In this document: piece after piece, positions 17,817 to 26,676 of the stretch
How positions within the stretch are numbered: the stretch's first letter is position 1
Layout of the letters: each line of letters opens with the position of its first letter
NCBI GenBank assembly: GCA_003599855.1
Contig: QZKG01000067.1
Span: forward strand, 7,647-71,646
Length of the DNA stretch: 64,000 bases
DNA from: Gaiellales bacterium
GTDB taxonomy: Bacteria; Actinomycetota; Thermoleophilia; BMS3ABIN01
Direction: 5' to 3'
The notes under the pieces: model-generated
Told to the model about the DNA's origin: nothing
The model's input: only the letters and a program-made list of their open reading frames with translations
Databases searched by the model: none
Position numbers and translations under genes: made by a program

Positions 17817-20126
17817 ATGGACTCGAACAGCGTCTCCTGGCCTGTGCTGATCGTTTCGGGCCAGTTCAACGCCGAGAACGACGAGGGCTTCCGCCTGAGG
17901 GAGCTGGAGCGGGAACTCGTGGACAACCACCGCTGCAGCGTCATCCCGTCATTATCCTACGAAGACGCCGACGAGATCTGCCGCTCCCGCGCCGACTTCG
18001 GCTGCGTCATCGTCGACTGGGACATCCCGGCGGAGCTGCCCGGCGAACGCATGCGCCCTGCCGGCTTCGTGGAACTGGTCCGCGCGCGCCACCGGCACGT
18101 GCCCGTCCTGCTGCTCACCGGCAGCGCGGGGCTGAAGGACATACCCGCGGGGACCCTGGCCAGGATCGACGGCTGCCTCTGGAAGACCGCCGACACCATC
18201 CGGTTCCTCGCCGGCCGCATCCGCATGCACCTCGACGAGTACGTGCAGAGCGTCTATCCCGTTTTTTTCGGCGAGCTGGTGAAGTACGCCAGGGAGTACA
18301 AGTACGCCTGGCATACTCCCGGGCACATGGGCGGTGAGGGTTTCCTGCGCAGCCCGGCGGGGACTGCCATGTTCAAGTTCTACGGTGAGAACGTCTTTCG
18401 CGCTGACCTGTCGATCTCGGTCCCCGAGCTCGGCTCCCTGCTGGACCACAGCGGCGTCACCGGCGAGGCCGAGCGCAACTCCGCAGCGGCCTTCGGCGCT
18501 GACCACACCTATTACGTCCTCAACGGCACCTCCACCGCCAACCAGATTATCTGGCGCAGCCGCCTCACGGGGGGCGAGATCGCGTTCGTGGACCGCAACT
18601 GCCACAAGTCACTGAACTACGCGATGGTGATCACCGGCGCGGTCCCTGTCTACATGATACCCAGGCGCAACCGGCGGGGCATCATCGGGCCGGTGAGGCT
18701 GTCGGAGTTCTCGCCGGCTTCGGTCCGCAAGAAGATCGGCGCCAGCAGGCTCGTCCCCCGGGACCGCCGCCGCGAGGGCGTCGCCATGTCGGCCCTGACC
18801 AACTCGACCTACGACGGCCTCTGCTACAACGTCACCAACATCAAGAAGCAGCTGGAGAAGAGCGTCGGCGCCCTGCACTTCGACGAGGCCTGGTACGCCT
18901 ACGCCCGTTTCCATCCCGTCTACAAAGACCACTACGGCATGACCGAAGGGAGCGTGGAAGCGGACCATCCGCCGATCTTCTGCTCCCACTCGACCCACAA
19001 GCTGCTGACCGCCTTCTCCCAGGCGTCGATGATCCACATCAAGGACGGCGGCCGTGACCGCATCGACCCCGACATCTTCAACGAGTCGTACATGATGCAC
19101 GGATCGACGTCGCCGCAGTACGGCATGATCGCGTCGCTGGATGTGGCCACGCGCATGATGCAGGACAACGGCGACATCATGATGGGGGACATCATCCGCG
19201 AGGCGGTGAGGCTGCGCCAGAAGGTCGTGGGCATCGGCAAGGAGCTCAGGCGCAAAAAGAAGGGCGACTGGTTCTTCGGCATGTGGCAGCCGGCGAAGGT
19301 CAGGCACAAGGGGAAGATGGCGCTTTTCGAGGACGTCGACCCGGATTACCTGGCCGGCCGCCAGGAGCCCTGGGTCCTGACCCGCAGCAACAACTGGCAT
19401 GGTTTCGACGACATCGAGCCGAACTACGTCATGCTCGACCCGATCAAGCTGACCTTCACCACGCCGGGGCTCGACGACAAGGGCCGGATGGCGGCCCGCG
19501 GCATCCCCGCAGCGGTGGTGACGAATTTCCTTATCGACAGGGGCATCGTCTGCGAGAAGACCGACTACTATTCGTTCCTGCTGCTCAACTCCCTGGGGAC
19601 CACCGAGGCCAAGCAGGGGACACTGCTGGCGGAGATGCTGCGCTTCAAGGAGCTCTACGACGCGGACGCACCGCTGGCGGAGGTCTTCCCGGAGCTGGTG
19701 GAAGCCTGGCCCGGGCGCTACGACGGGATAGGGCTGGCCGGCCATTGCCAGGCGATGCACGAGTATTTCCGCAGGCACGCCATCCTCGACGCGATGCAGG
19801 CCGCTTTCGAGGTCATACCCGACCCGGTGATGAAGCCGACCGAGGCTTACCACCAGGTGGTGGCGGGCAACGTCGAGTACGTCGAGCTCAAGGAGATGAT
19901 GGGGCGCGTGCCGGCGGTGATGATGGTTCCCTATCCCCCGGGCATCCCCATCATGATGGGGGGCGAGGTGATGAACCGCAAGGCGGCCCCGATCCACAAA
20001 TACCTGCGCCTGCGCCAGGACTTCGAGAACGAGTTCCCCGGTTACGAGGGTGACATCCACGGGGTTGAGCGGGACGAGCGCGACGGGCAGAAGTTCTTCC
20101 GGACACTCTGCGTGAGGGAGGCCTGA
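17817..20126 (+). CDS. Orn/Lys/Arg decarboxylase, large fold-I PLP-dependent (AdiA/SpeF/LdcI family)
   Basis: The roughly 770-aa protein has an N-terminal wing domain and the PLP-lysine motif FCSHSTHKLLTAFSQASMIHIKDG. SD is gaagggggagg before the ATG at 17817. Confidence 0.85.
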   Translation: MDSNSVSWPVLIVSGQFNAENDEGFRLRELERELVDNHRCSVIPSLSYEDADEICRSRADFGCVIVDWDIPAELPGERMRPAGFVELVRARHRHVPVLLLTGSAGLKDIPAGTLARIDGCLWKTADTIRFLAGRIRMHLDEYVQSVYPVFFGELVKYAREYKYAWHTPGHMGGEGFLRSPAGTAMFKFYGENVFRADLSISVPELGSLLDHSGVTGEAERNSAAAFGADHTYYVLNGTSTANQIIWRSRLTGGEIAFVDRNCHKSLNYAMVITGAVPVYMIPRRNRRGIIGPVRLSEFSPASVRKKIGASRLVPRDRRREGVAMSALTNSTYDGLCYNVTNIKKQLEKSVGALHFDEAWYAYARFHPVYKDHYGMTEGSVEADHPPIFCSHSTHKLLTAFSQASMIHIKDGGRDRIDPDIFNESYMMHGSTSPQYGMIASLDVATRMMQDNGDIMMGDIIREAVRLRQKVVGIGKELRRKKKGDWFFGMWQPAKVRHKGKMALFEDVDPDYLAGRQEPWVLTRSNNWHGFDDIEPNYVMLDPIKLTFTTPGLDDKGRMAARGIPAAVVTNFLIDRGIVCEKTDYYSFLLLNSLGTTEAKQGTLLAEMLRFKELYDADAPLAEVFPELVEAWPGRYDGIGLAGHCQAMHEYFRRHAILDAMQAAFEVIPDPVMKPTEAYHQVVAGNVEYVELKEMMGRVPAVMMVPYPPGIPIMMGGEVMNRKAAPIHKYLRLRQDFENEFPGYEGDIHGVERDERDGQKFFRTLCVREA

Positions 20127-20211
20127 TGGCAGCCGGTGAGAACCGCCGACGGGCCGGACGGGTTTATGGGCGAACGCCTGAGAGCAGAGGCGCGGGCGGC
20201 GGGGCGGCCTC

Positions 20212-21660
20212 ATGAGCCCCGGCAAGCCGGCGAAGCTGGGCGTCTTCACCCTGGCGATGATCAATGTCGCGGCGGTGCTGTCGCTGAGGAACTTCCCCTC
20301 CATGGCGGACTACGGCTACGCCGTCGTCTTCTACCTGACGCTGTCGTCGGTCTGCTTCTTCATCCCCTCAGCGCTGGTCTCGGCGGAGCTCGCCTCGGCC
20401 TGGCCGAAGAAAGGCGGCGTCTACCTCTGGGTCAGAGAGGCCTTCGGCGACCGCTGGGGCTTCGTCGCCATCTTCATGCAATGGGTGGAGAACCTGCCCT
20501 GGTTCCCGGCGGTGCTCACCTTCGTGGCGTCGTCCCTGGCTTACGCTTACAAGCCTGAGCTGGCGGAGAACAAGCTTTATGTCGTGGTGGTGGTGCTGGT
20601 AGCCATGTGGGCCGCCACGCTGCTCAACTTCAGGGGGATGAAGCTCTCGGCCTTCCTCAGCTCCTCTGGGGCCATCTCAGGCTCGCTGGTGCCGGGACTG
20701 GCGATCATAACCCTGGCCGGGGCGTACCTCATCTCCGGCGACAAACCCGCAATCGACTTCACCCCCGGGGCGCTGGTGCCGGACCTGGGCAGCCTCGACC
20801 AGCTGATGCTGATGGTGGGGATGCTGCTGGCCATCGCCGGCATGGAGCTGTCGGCGGTGCACGTCACCGAGGTGGACAATCCGCGCAAGAACTTCCCCAA
20901 GGCGATCTTCATCGCCGCGGTTATCATCATTTTCATCAGCGTGGTGGCTTCCCTGTCCATCGCCATCGTCATCCCCCAGAGCAGCATCAGCCTGAGCGCC
21001 GGGGTGAACCAGGCCTTTGAGGACCTGCTGCGGATGTTCCACCTCGACTGGCTGACGCCGGTCGTCTCGCTGCTTTTGGCTTACGGGGCGCTGACGATGG
21101 TGGTCACCTGGATGGTGGGGCCTTCCAAGGGCGTGCGCGAGGTGGCCGGCGACGGCTACCTGCCCGCGTACATGAACCGCTCCAACAAACAGGGGATGCC
21201 CACCGGCACCCTGATCGTACAGGGGGTTCTGTCTTCGCTCCTGACCCTGAACGTCCTCTTCATGCCCACCGTCAGCAGCGCCTTCTGGATCATGTCCGCC
21301 CTGGCGATACAGCTCTACCTGGTGATGTACCTGCTGATGTTCGCGGCGGCCATCAAGCTGCGCTACTCGCAGCCCGACGTGGAGCGGCCCTACAGGGTGC
21401 CGGGCGGCAAGGCGGGCATGTGGCTGGTGGCGGGGATAGCCTTCCTCACCTCGCTCCTGGTCTTCTTCTTCGGCTTCATCCCCACGAGCTCGGTGCGCGC
21501 TGAAGGGGCCCTGGCGATGGCCGCTTATGTGGCCTTCCTGGTGGCCGGGGTCCTGGTCTTCGTCAGCATCCCCCTGGTCTTCTACCGGCGGGCCGAGAAG
21601 CGCGGCGTCGCGGGGGCGAAAGGGACTCAGGCCGGGGGCGGCACGTCCGCTGACTTGTAG
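20212..21660 (+). CDS. APC-superfamily amino acid antiporter, GadC-like (APA family)
   Basis: About 12 TM. By my recall of E. coli GadC, the N-terminal (GGVYLWVREAFGDRWGFVAIF) and TM6-8 (LSAVHVTEVDNPRKNFPKAIFIAAVIIIFISVVASLSIAIVIPQSSISLSAGVNQAF) regions closely resemble it. The gene is co-directional with and just downstream of the decarboxylase. Confidence 0.8.
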   Translation: MSPGKPAKLGVFTLAMINVAAVLSLRNFPSMADYGYAVVFYLTLSSVCFFIPSALVSAELASAWPKKGGVYLWVREAFGDRWGFVAIFMQWVENLPWFPAVLTFVASSLAYAYKPELAENKLYVVVVVLVAMWAATLLNFRGMKLSAFLSSSGAISGSLVPGLAIITLAGAYLISGDKPAIDFTPGALVPDLGSLDQLMLMVGMLLAIAGMELSAVHVTEVDNPRKNFPKAIFIAAVIIIFISVVASLSIAIVIPQSSISLSAGVNQAFEDLLRMFHLDWLTPVVSLLLAYGALTMVVTWMVGPSKGVREVAGDGYLPAYMNRSNKQGMPTGTLIVQGVLSSLLTLNVLFMPTVSSAFWIMSALAIQLYLVMYLLMFAAAIKLRYSQPDVERPYRVPGGKAGMWLVAGIAFLTSLLVFFFGFIPTSSVRAEGALAMAAYVAFLVAGVLVFVSIPLVFYRRAEKRGVAGAKGTQAGGGTSADL

Positions 21661-22769
21661 AACATGAGCCAGCCGCCGGGCAGCTGGATCGGGGCGGGGT
21701 CGCAGGCGATCCTTCCCGGCTCTTCAGCCAGCCTGACGCCGGGGTCGTCCACCCAGACGACCCCGTCTCCGGAGAGGGCGCTTCTGATCCCCTGGCGGCA
21801 GAAGTACTGGCGGTACTGGCCGCCGCCGGCTGGCACCGTGTTGGACACGGAGCCGTCTTCCCTCACCGGCCCCACCACCGTGAACTCCATGCCGTCGAAT
21901 GACGAATAGGCGACGTTCCGGCGCCCCTGGGAGACATACATGTACCATTGCCCGTCGATCCTGACCACGTCCGGGTCGGTGATGAGCTCGGTCGTCTCCA
22001 GCCGTGAGCCCTCTTCCTCCTCGAAGTCGATGCCGTTGCTGGAGAGGGCGCTCATGACCTTTACGGGCTCGCCGGCTCCAGGCGCCTGGCTGTCCTGTGC
22101 GGTGGGGGCGCCCTGGGGTTCCGCGGGCGGGACACCCTGGGGCGTGCCGCCCTGGCCGCCTGGCGGCGGAGGCTGGGGCGGCGGGGGCTGCTTCTGCGGG
22201 AAGACGACATAGTAGAGCCGCACGCTGCCGTCGTCCAGCACCACCGCCTCAGGGTCGACGCCGAGGCGGTGGTCACCCTTGTACTCCACCTGAAGCGAGC
22301 CCTGTTTCCAGCTCTCGCCGTCGTCGTCCGAGACCGCCACCATCAGGCCCGATTCGCTGCGGTCGCCGCCGTCGACGGCATAGATGATGAGGCGGCCGCT
22401 CGGCAGGCGGATGATATCCGGCACCGACGCCCGGTTGAGCACCACCCCCGGGACCCTGGTGAAATTGAGCCCGTCGGGCGAGGTAGCCTTCATGACCTGG
22501 TGGAAGTAGGGGCCGGACGGGTCGTTGAACGGGTCGGAGGCGGCCATGGGCCGGTCGAAGGCGAGCTCGGCTGCGGCGTCGGCTTTCGCATCGGTCCGGG
22601 TCTCGGTGGCAACGGTCTCCGCCTCATCTCCCCCGCAGCCAACCGCGGCCGCCGTCAGGGCCAGGGCTGCGAACAGGGCTCCCGCCACCCGGATGATGGT
22701 CCGCTTCATGCCGCCCTCCTCTCCGGTGATGTCTGGTCCCGGCTGCCTTCTTCTACAAGGGCCGTCCAC
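21627..22769 (-). CDS. secreted lipoprotein with BNR/Asp-box repeats (beta-propeller-like)
   Basis: Signal plus lipobox (LTAAAVGCGG). Asp-box SDDDGESW and partial Asp-boxes. A Pro/Gln-rich linker QPPPPQPPPPGGQGG. The 3' end overlaps the convergent antiporter gene by 34 nt. Confidence 0.6.
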   Translation of the reverse strand: MDGPCRRRQPGPDITGEEGGMKRTIIRVAGALFAALALTAAAVGCGGDEAETVATETRTDAKADAAAELAFDRPMAASDPFNDPSGPYFHQVMKATSPDGLNFTRVPGVVLNRASVPDIIRLPSGRLIIYAVDGGDRSESGLMVAVSDDDGESWKQGSLQVEYKGDHRLGVDPEAVVLDDGSVRLYYVVFPQKQPPPPQPPPPGGQGGTPQGVPPAEPQGAPTAQDSQAPGAGEPVKVMSALSSNGIDFEEEEGSRLETTELITDPDVVRIDGQWYMYVSQGRRNVAYSSFDGMEFTVVGPVREDGSVSNTVPAGGGQYRQYFCRQGIRSALSGDGVVWVDDPGVRLAEEPGRIACDPAPIQLPGGWLMFYKSADVPPPA

Positions 22770-22899
22770 CTCCTGTACGGCCGATGACCAGGAATCCCCA
22801 GCAGGAAGATGCGCCCGGTTTTAATACCGCCGGTTACAGGTAGTTTATTGATGTGGGGCCCCTGCGGGCACGCAGGACACGAAATCACCGGAGGCGGCA

Positions 22900-23937
22900 A
22901 TGTTCGTGGTGGAAGTCAGTGAGCTCTGCAAGTCATATGGCGACAGGCTGGCGGTGGATGACGCGTCGCTCTCGGTGGAGCGTGGTGAGATCTTCGGGCT
23001 GATCGGCCCCAACGGCGCCGGCAAGACGACGGTCATCGAATGCATCGAGGGGCTCAGGGTGCCGGATCGCGGCCGGATCCGCGTGCTCGGACTCGACCCG
23101 GTCCGGGACGGCCGCGAGATGAGGCGGCTGATCGGCTGCCAGCTGCAGGATTCGGCCCTGCCCCACCGCATCAAGGTCCGCGAAGCGCTCAAACTGTTCG
23201 CCTCGCTGGCCCCGGGCGCCTCCCGCTGGGAGGAACTGCTGGAGCAATGGGGGCTCGCTGACAAGCGCGACGCCGCCTTCGGCAGCCTGTCGGGAGGCCA
23301 GCGACAGCGTCTCTTCGTCGCCCTGGCACTGGTAAACGACCCCGAGGTGGTCTTCCTCGACGAGATGACCACCGGCCTCGACCCGGCCGCCCGCCGCACG
23401 GCCTGGGACCTCATCCGGCGGCTGCGGGACCGCGGCGCCACGGTCATCCTCGTCACCCACTTCATGGACGAGGCCGAGGAGCTCTGCGACTGGCTGGCGG
23501 TGATGCGCCAGGGCCGGATAATCGCCGCCGACAGCCCCCGGGGGCTCATCGACCGCTTCGCGCCGGGCATCAACATCACCTTCAGCAGTGAGAACGGCGA
23601 TCTCGGCTGGCTGGAACAGCTGGAGCCTGTCCACAGCATGAGCCGCCGCGGGCGGAGGGTGTCCCTGGAGGCGGATTCCGACGCCCTGGTGGCGGTGGCG
23701 GGCGCCCTCTTCGAGCACGGCCTCCACCCGGCCGACCTCGACGTGAACCGCCCCAGCCTCGAGGACGTCTTCCTCGCGCTTACCGGGGAGAGGGCCGCGG
23801 ACGAGCCGGCCGTGTCTTCGGGAGAAGGCGGGAGTGGCGGGTCCGGCGGGCAGGCTGGCGGGGGTCCCGGCGGGGCGGCCGCTGGCCATAACCGCGCGGA
23901 GAGTCCGCGCATGATCAAGGGGGTCCGCCGTGGCTGA
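22900..23937 (+). CDS. ABC transporter ATP-binding protein
   Basis: Walker A GLIGPNGAGKTT, signature LSGGQRQRL, Walker B VVFLDEMTTGLD and H-loop VTHF are present. The C-terminus is Gly/Ala-rich. SD is ggaggcggca. Confidence 0.9.
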   Translation: MFVVEVSELCKSYGDRLAVDDASLSVERGEIFGLIGPNGAGKTTVIECIEGLRVPDRGRIRVLGLDPVRDGREMRRLIGCQLQDSALPHRIKVREALKLFASLAPGASRWEELLEQWGLADKRDAAFGSLSGGQRQRLFVALALVNDPEVVFLDEMTTGLDPAARRTAWDLIRRLRDRGATVILVTHFMDEAEELCDWLAVMRQGRIIAADSPRGLIDRFAPGINITFSSENGDLGWLEQLEPVHSMSRRGRRVSLEADSDALVAVAGALFEHGLHPADLDVNRPSLEDVFLALTGERAADEPAVSSGEGGSGGSGGQAGGGPGGAAAGHNRAESPRMIKGVRRG

Positions 23938-24685
23938 AGTCCTGGGCAAGGTCGGCAACCTCACCTGGATCGAGCTCAAGCTGTTCTTGCGCGAGCCGCT
24001 GTCGCTGGCCTTCGTCTTCGCTTACCCGCTGATCGTCATCGTCGTGCTCGGAGGTTTCTTCAGGGACGCACCCGTGGAGGTCGGCCCGCTGGCCGGGTTC
24101 GACATGATGGAGAGCTACGTTCCCGCGTACATCGGGCTGGTGATCGCTTCGGTGGGGCTGCTGGGCCTGCCGGTACACCTGGCCGGCTACAGGGAGCTGG
24201 GCGTCCTGCGCCGCTTCCGCGCCTCGGGGCTTCCCCCCTGGGCGCTGTTCGGCTCACAGGGGGCCGTGACCCTGGCGATGGCCGTGGCTGGCGGGGCAGT
24301 GCTGGTGGTCACCGGCATGGCGGCCTTCGACACCGGCCTGCCGCAGTCAGTGGCCGGTGTGGCTGCCGCCTTCATGCTCACCGTCTTCTGCTTCACCGCC
24401 ATCGGCACCCTCCTGGGCGCCGTCATGCCCAACGCCCGCTCGACGCTGGGCTTCGGCCTCATCCTCTGGTTCGTTATGATGATGCTCTCCGGCACCGACG
24501 GGCCGCTGCCGGCGATGCCCGGCTGGCTGCAGACAGTGGCCGAAGCGCTGCCGCTCACCCACGCGGTGCGCGCGCTGCAGTACCCCTGGGTGGGCCTGGG
24601 CTGGTACTGGGAGGAGAACCTCGTGCTGCTGGGCGCCGGCGCCGTTGCCTGGCTCCTGGCGGCAAGGGTCATACGCTGGGAATGA
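23930..24685 (+). CDS. ABC-2 family transporter permease
   Basis: A 6-TM protein that overlaps the ATPase gene by 8 nt, with an ABC-2 type N-terminus (WIELKLFLREPLSLAFVFAYPL). Confidence 0.75.
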   Translation: MAEVLGKVGNLTWIELKLFLREPLSLAFVFAYPLIVIVVLGGFFRDAPVEVGPLAGFDMMESYVPAYIGLVIASVGLLGLPVHLAGYRELGVLRRFRASGLPPWALFGSQGAVTLAMAVAGGAVLVVTGMAAFDTGLPQSVAGVAAAFMLTVFCFTAIGTLLGAVMPNARSTLGFGLILWFVMMMLSGTDGPLPAMPGWLQTVAEALPLTHAVRALQYPWVGLGWYWEENLVLLGAGAVAWLLAARVIRWE

Positions 24686-24764
24686 GACGGCTCGCCGCCT
24701 TCCACCGGAAGCGCCACGAACCGACTGTCTCCATCAGTCGTATCTGCCTTCGGCCGGCCGGGCG

Positions 24765-24980
24765 CTAGCTGCAGCCGCAGCGGCCCCAGCGCAGGATCTT
24801 TTTGATGCGGCGGAAGATGATCCGGTTGAGCAGGAAGAGCCCGACGACGCCGGCGGCCACCCCGGCGACAAAGAAGACTTTGGTCTCCTCGACCCGCTCG
24901 CCGAGCTCGCTGACCGTCTGCTGGACCTCCTCGAGCCTGGCTTCCGTCTGAGCTTTCAGGCGGGCTGTCTCCTTGCTCAT
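24765..24980 (-). CDS. DUF3618-like coiled-coil protein with C-terminal TM
   Basis: 71 aa with a coiled coil (TARLKAQTEARLEEVQQTVSELGERVEE) and a TM helix. It overlaps the upstream holin-X-like gene by 4 nt. This pairing is typical in Actinobacteria. Confidence 0.5.
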   Translation of the reverse strand: MSKETARLKAQTEARLEEVQQTVSELGERVEETKVFFVAGVAAGVVGLFLLNRIIFRRIKKILRWGRCGCS

Positions 24981-25666
24981 GCCTCATCCTCCTCGTCGCT
25001 GCCGGGCGTAGCCGCCTCCGGTTCGGGTTGCAGCCCGGCGCCACCCTCCGGCGTGGTGTGTTCGTAGTCCGGCTCAGCCGGGAGCTTTTGGCCCGGTGCG
25101 CCGGCAGTTTCTTCTGCTGGTGTCGCTGGTGAATCCTGCTGCGTCTCCGCTTGAGGCGCCTCTGCGCGGGCATCACTCACTGCCGGAGCGGATTTCATGC
25201 CATCGTCGCGTTTGGGCGCGGGCTTCCCGCCGCCCGGCGCGGACGCGTGCTGCTTCCTGCCCCTCCCGGGCCCGGACTTCCCGCTGCCCGGCGCTGGCGG
25301 CCTGTCCTCGCCGTCCGCGGCCAGCTTTTTAAAGCGGTGCACGCCGATGAAGGCGAGGGCGGCGGCGATGAGCAGCCACAGCAGGGTGACGGCAAGCGCG
25401 GCAAGCCAGAGCGGCAGGAACAGGTCCAGGACGATGATGGCGAGCGCGGTGCCGGTGGCGATGGCCATCGAAAGGAAGATGAGGGCGGCGAAGATCAGCC
25501 CCGCCCCCTGCCCCGCCAGCCCGGCCTTCTCCCGCGCCTGGGCCTTGAGCAGGGCGATCTCGGCCCGGATGAGCTCGGGGATGCTCCGGCTGAGGTCGGC
25601 CAGGAGCTCCGGCACCGACATGCCTTTCAGGTTTTTTTTGTCCGGCGCACCGGGTCCCTGATCCAT
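24977..25666 (-). CDS. putative actinobacterial holin-X (Phage_holin_3_6 family) membrane protein with acidic Pro-rich tail
   Basis: The N-terminal amphipathic helix (LLADLSRSIPELIRAEIALLKAQAREKAG) plus two TM helices (LIFAALIFLSMAIATGTALAIIVLDLF and LWLAALAVTLLWLLIAAALAFIGV) match the holin-X architecture. Confidence 0.6.
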   Translation of the reverse strand: MDQGPGAPDKKNLKGMSVPELLADLSRSIPELIRAEIALLKAQAREKAGLAGQGAGLIFAALIFLSMAIATGTALAIIVLDLFLPLWLAALAVTLLWLLIAAALAFIGVHRFKKLAADGEDRPPAPGSGKSGPGRGRKQHASAPGGGKPAPKRDDGMKSAPAVSDARAEAPQAETQQDSPATPAEETAGAPGQKLPAEPDYEHTTPEGGAGLQPEPEAATPGSDEEDEA

Positions 25667-25797
25667 AACGCCTCCAGAATAGATGGTCGTATGCTATCAG
25701 GGCGGGGTGCGCGTGCGCTACCCTGAAGCAGCTCTTGCGCTCCGACTTGCCAGATCCGTATCCCCGGCCTTATGCTGATAGCTGGAGGCGATCACTG

Positions 25798-26373
25798 ATG
25801 TCTAAATGTTCCGGATGCCAGACGGAGGTACAGGAAGGTTTCAGATTCTGCCCGTCCTGCGGTGCGGAGATGGCAGCCGCTGCAGCGCAGCAACCCGCGA
25901 CAGCGGCGCCGAGCCCGGAAGAGGTAGCCGAGCAGCTGCGCGTCCTTCAGCAGAAAGAGGCGGAAAAGGAGCGGCTCAAACAGGAGCGGCTCGAACGGAT
26001 GGCGCAAAAAAAGGTCGAAAGGCAGCAAAGGCTGGCCGTGAAGAAGGTCGAGCACGAGCAGCGGCTGGCAGAGCGCAAGACCCTCCGTGAACAAAAGAGG
26101 CTGGAGAAGACGAAGAAACTGGCAGCCAAGGCGACGGGCGGCGCTTACGTCCCGCCGGCGCCCCTGACGACTCCAACGGCCCCGGCGCAACCATCTCAGG
26201 CGGCGGCTCCGCAGCCTCTACCTGTCACCGCCCAAACTCAACAACAAACCCCTCCGAAGCCACAAAAGACGATCCCGGCCGCCGGCTGGGCGCTGATCGT
26301 CTTTCTCTTCATCCTGCTTTTAGCTGCAGTCGGAATCGGATCTTACTACCTGACCCTGTATATCTTCTCATAA
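25798..26373 (+). CDS. zinc-ribbon domain protein with KE-rich coiled coil and C-terminal TM anchor
   Basis: Start MSKCSGCQTEVQEGFRFCPSCGAEM follows the SD tggagg. A Lys/Glu/Arg-rich repeat region (KEAEKERLKQERLERMAQKKVERQQRLAVKKVEHEQRLAERK) and a C-terminal TM (AGWALIVFLFILLLAAVGIGSYYL) follow. The architecture is analogous to 10596..11585. Confidence 0.65.
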   Translation: MSKCSGCQTEVQEGFRFCPSCGAEMAAAAAQQPATAAPSPEEVAEQLRVLQQKEAEKERLKQERLERMAQKKVERQQRLAVKKVEHEQRLAERKTLREQKRLEKTKKLAAKATGGAYVPPAPLTTPTAPAQPSQAAAPQPLPVTAQTQQQTPPKPQKTIPAAGWALIVFLFILLLAAVGIGSYYLTLYIFS

Positions 26374-26418
26374 GCGCGCCGCCGGGCCCGGGCAGTGCCT
26401 TTACTCCGGGAAGACATT

Positions 26419-26676
26419 TCAGTCCCCGGGCGGCTCCAGCGGGTCGATGCGGCTGCCCCGGTAGCCCGGCCGGCAGCGCGACAGTCGCCCCAAGGCCTTG
26501 CGGGTCGCCTTGAAGAACCCGTAGGTCTGGTAGGCCTCCAGGGCGTACTGCGAGCAGCACGGCTCGAAGCTGCATCTTGTTCCCAGCTGGCGGCTGACCC
26601 GCGCCCGGTAGGTCTCGATGAAGCGGACGGCGAACCGCGATAGCGCCGATGGCTGTGTTGCGACGTGGCCGCTCAC
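26419..26676 (-). CDS. yidD: membrane protein insertion efficiency factor YidD
   Basis: Conserved motif CSFEPCCSQYALEAYQTYGFFKATRKALGRLSRCRPGYRGSRIDPLEP (compare the CRFxPSCSxYA...RCHPxxxGGxDP hallmark). Confidence 0.8.
   Translation of the reverse strand: MSGHVATQPSALSRFAVRFIETYRARVSRQLGTRCSFEPCCSQYALEAYQTYGFFKATRKALGRLSRCRPGYRGSRIDPLEPPGD

Noticed and set aside
18609-20303. 564-aa ORF antisense to the decarboxylase gene. Similar long antisense or alternate-frame ORFs occur at 40239..42056, 51533..53596, 10542..11687, 4537..5484, 6000..6974, 12486..13346, 26649..27638, 55007..55747 and 59436..60713.
   Set aside because: These are typical stop-codon-poor shadow frames in about 65% GC DNA. 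Their Arg/Ala/Gly/Pro-rich low-complexity translations carry no recognisable motifs. They overlap genes that have clear domain signatures and ribosome-binding sites.
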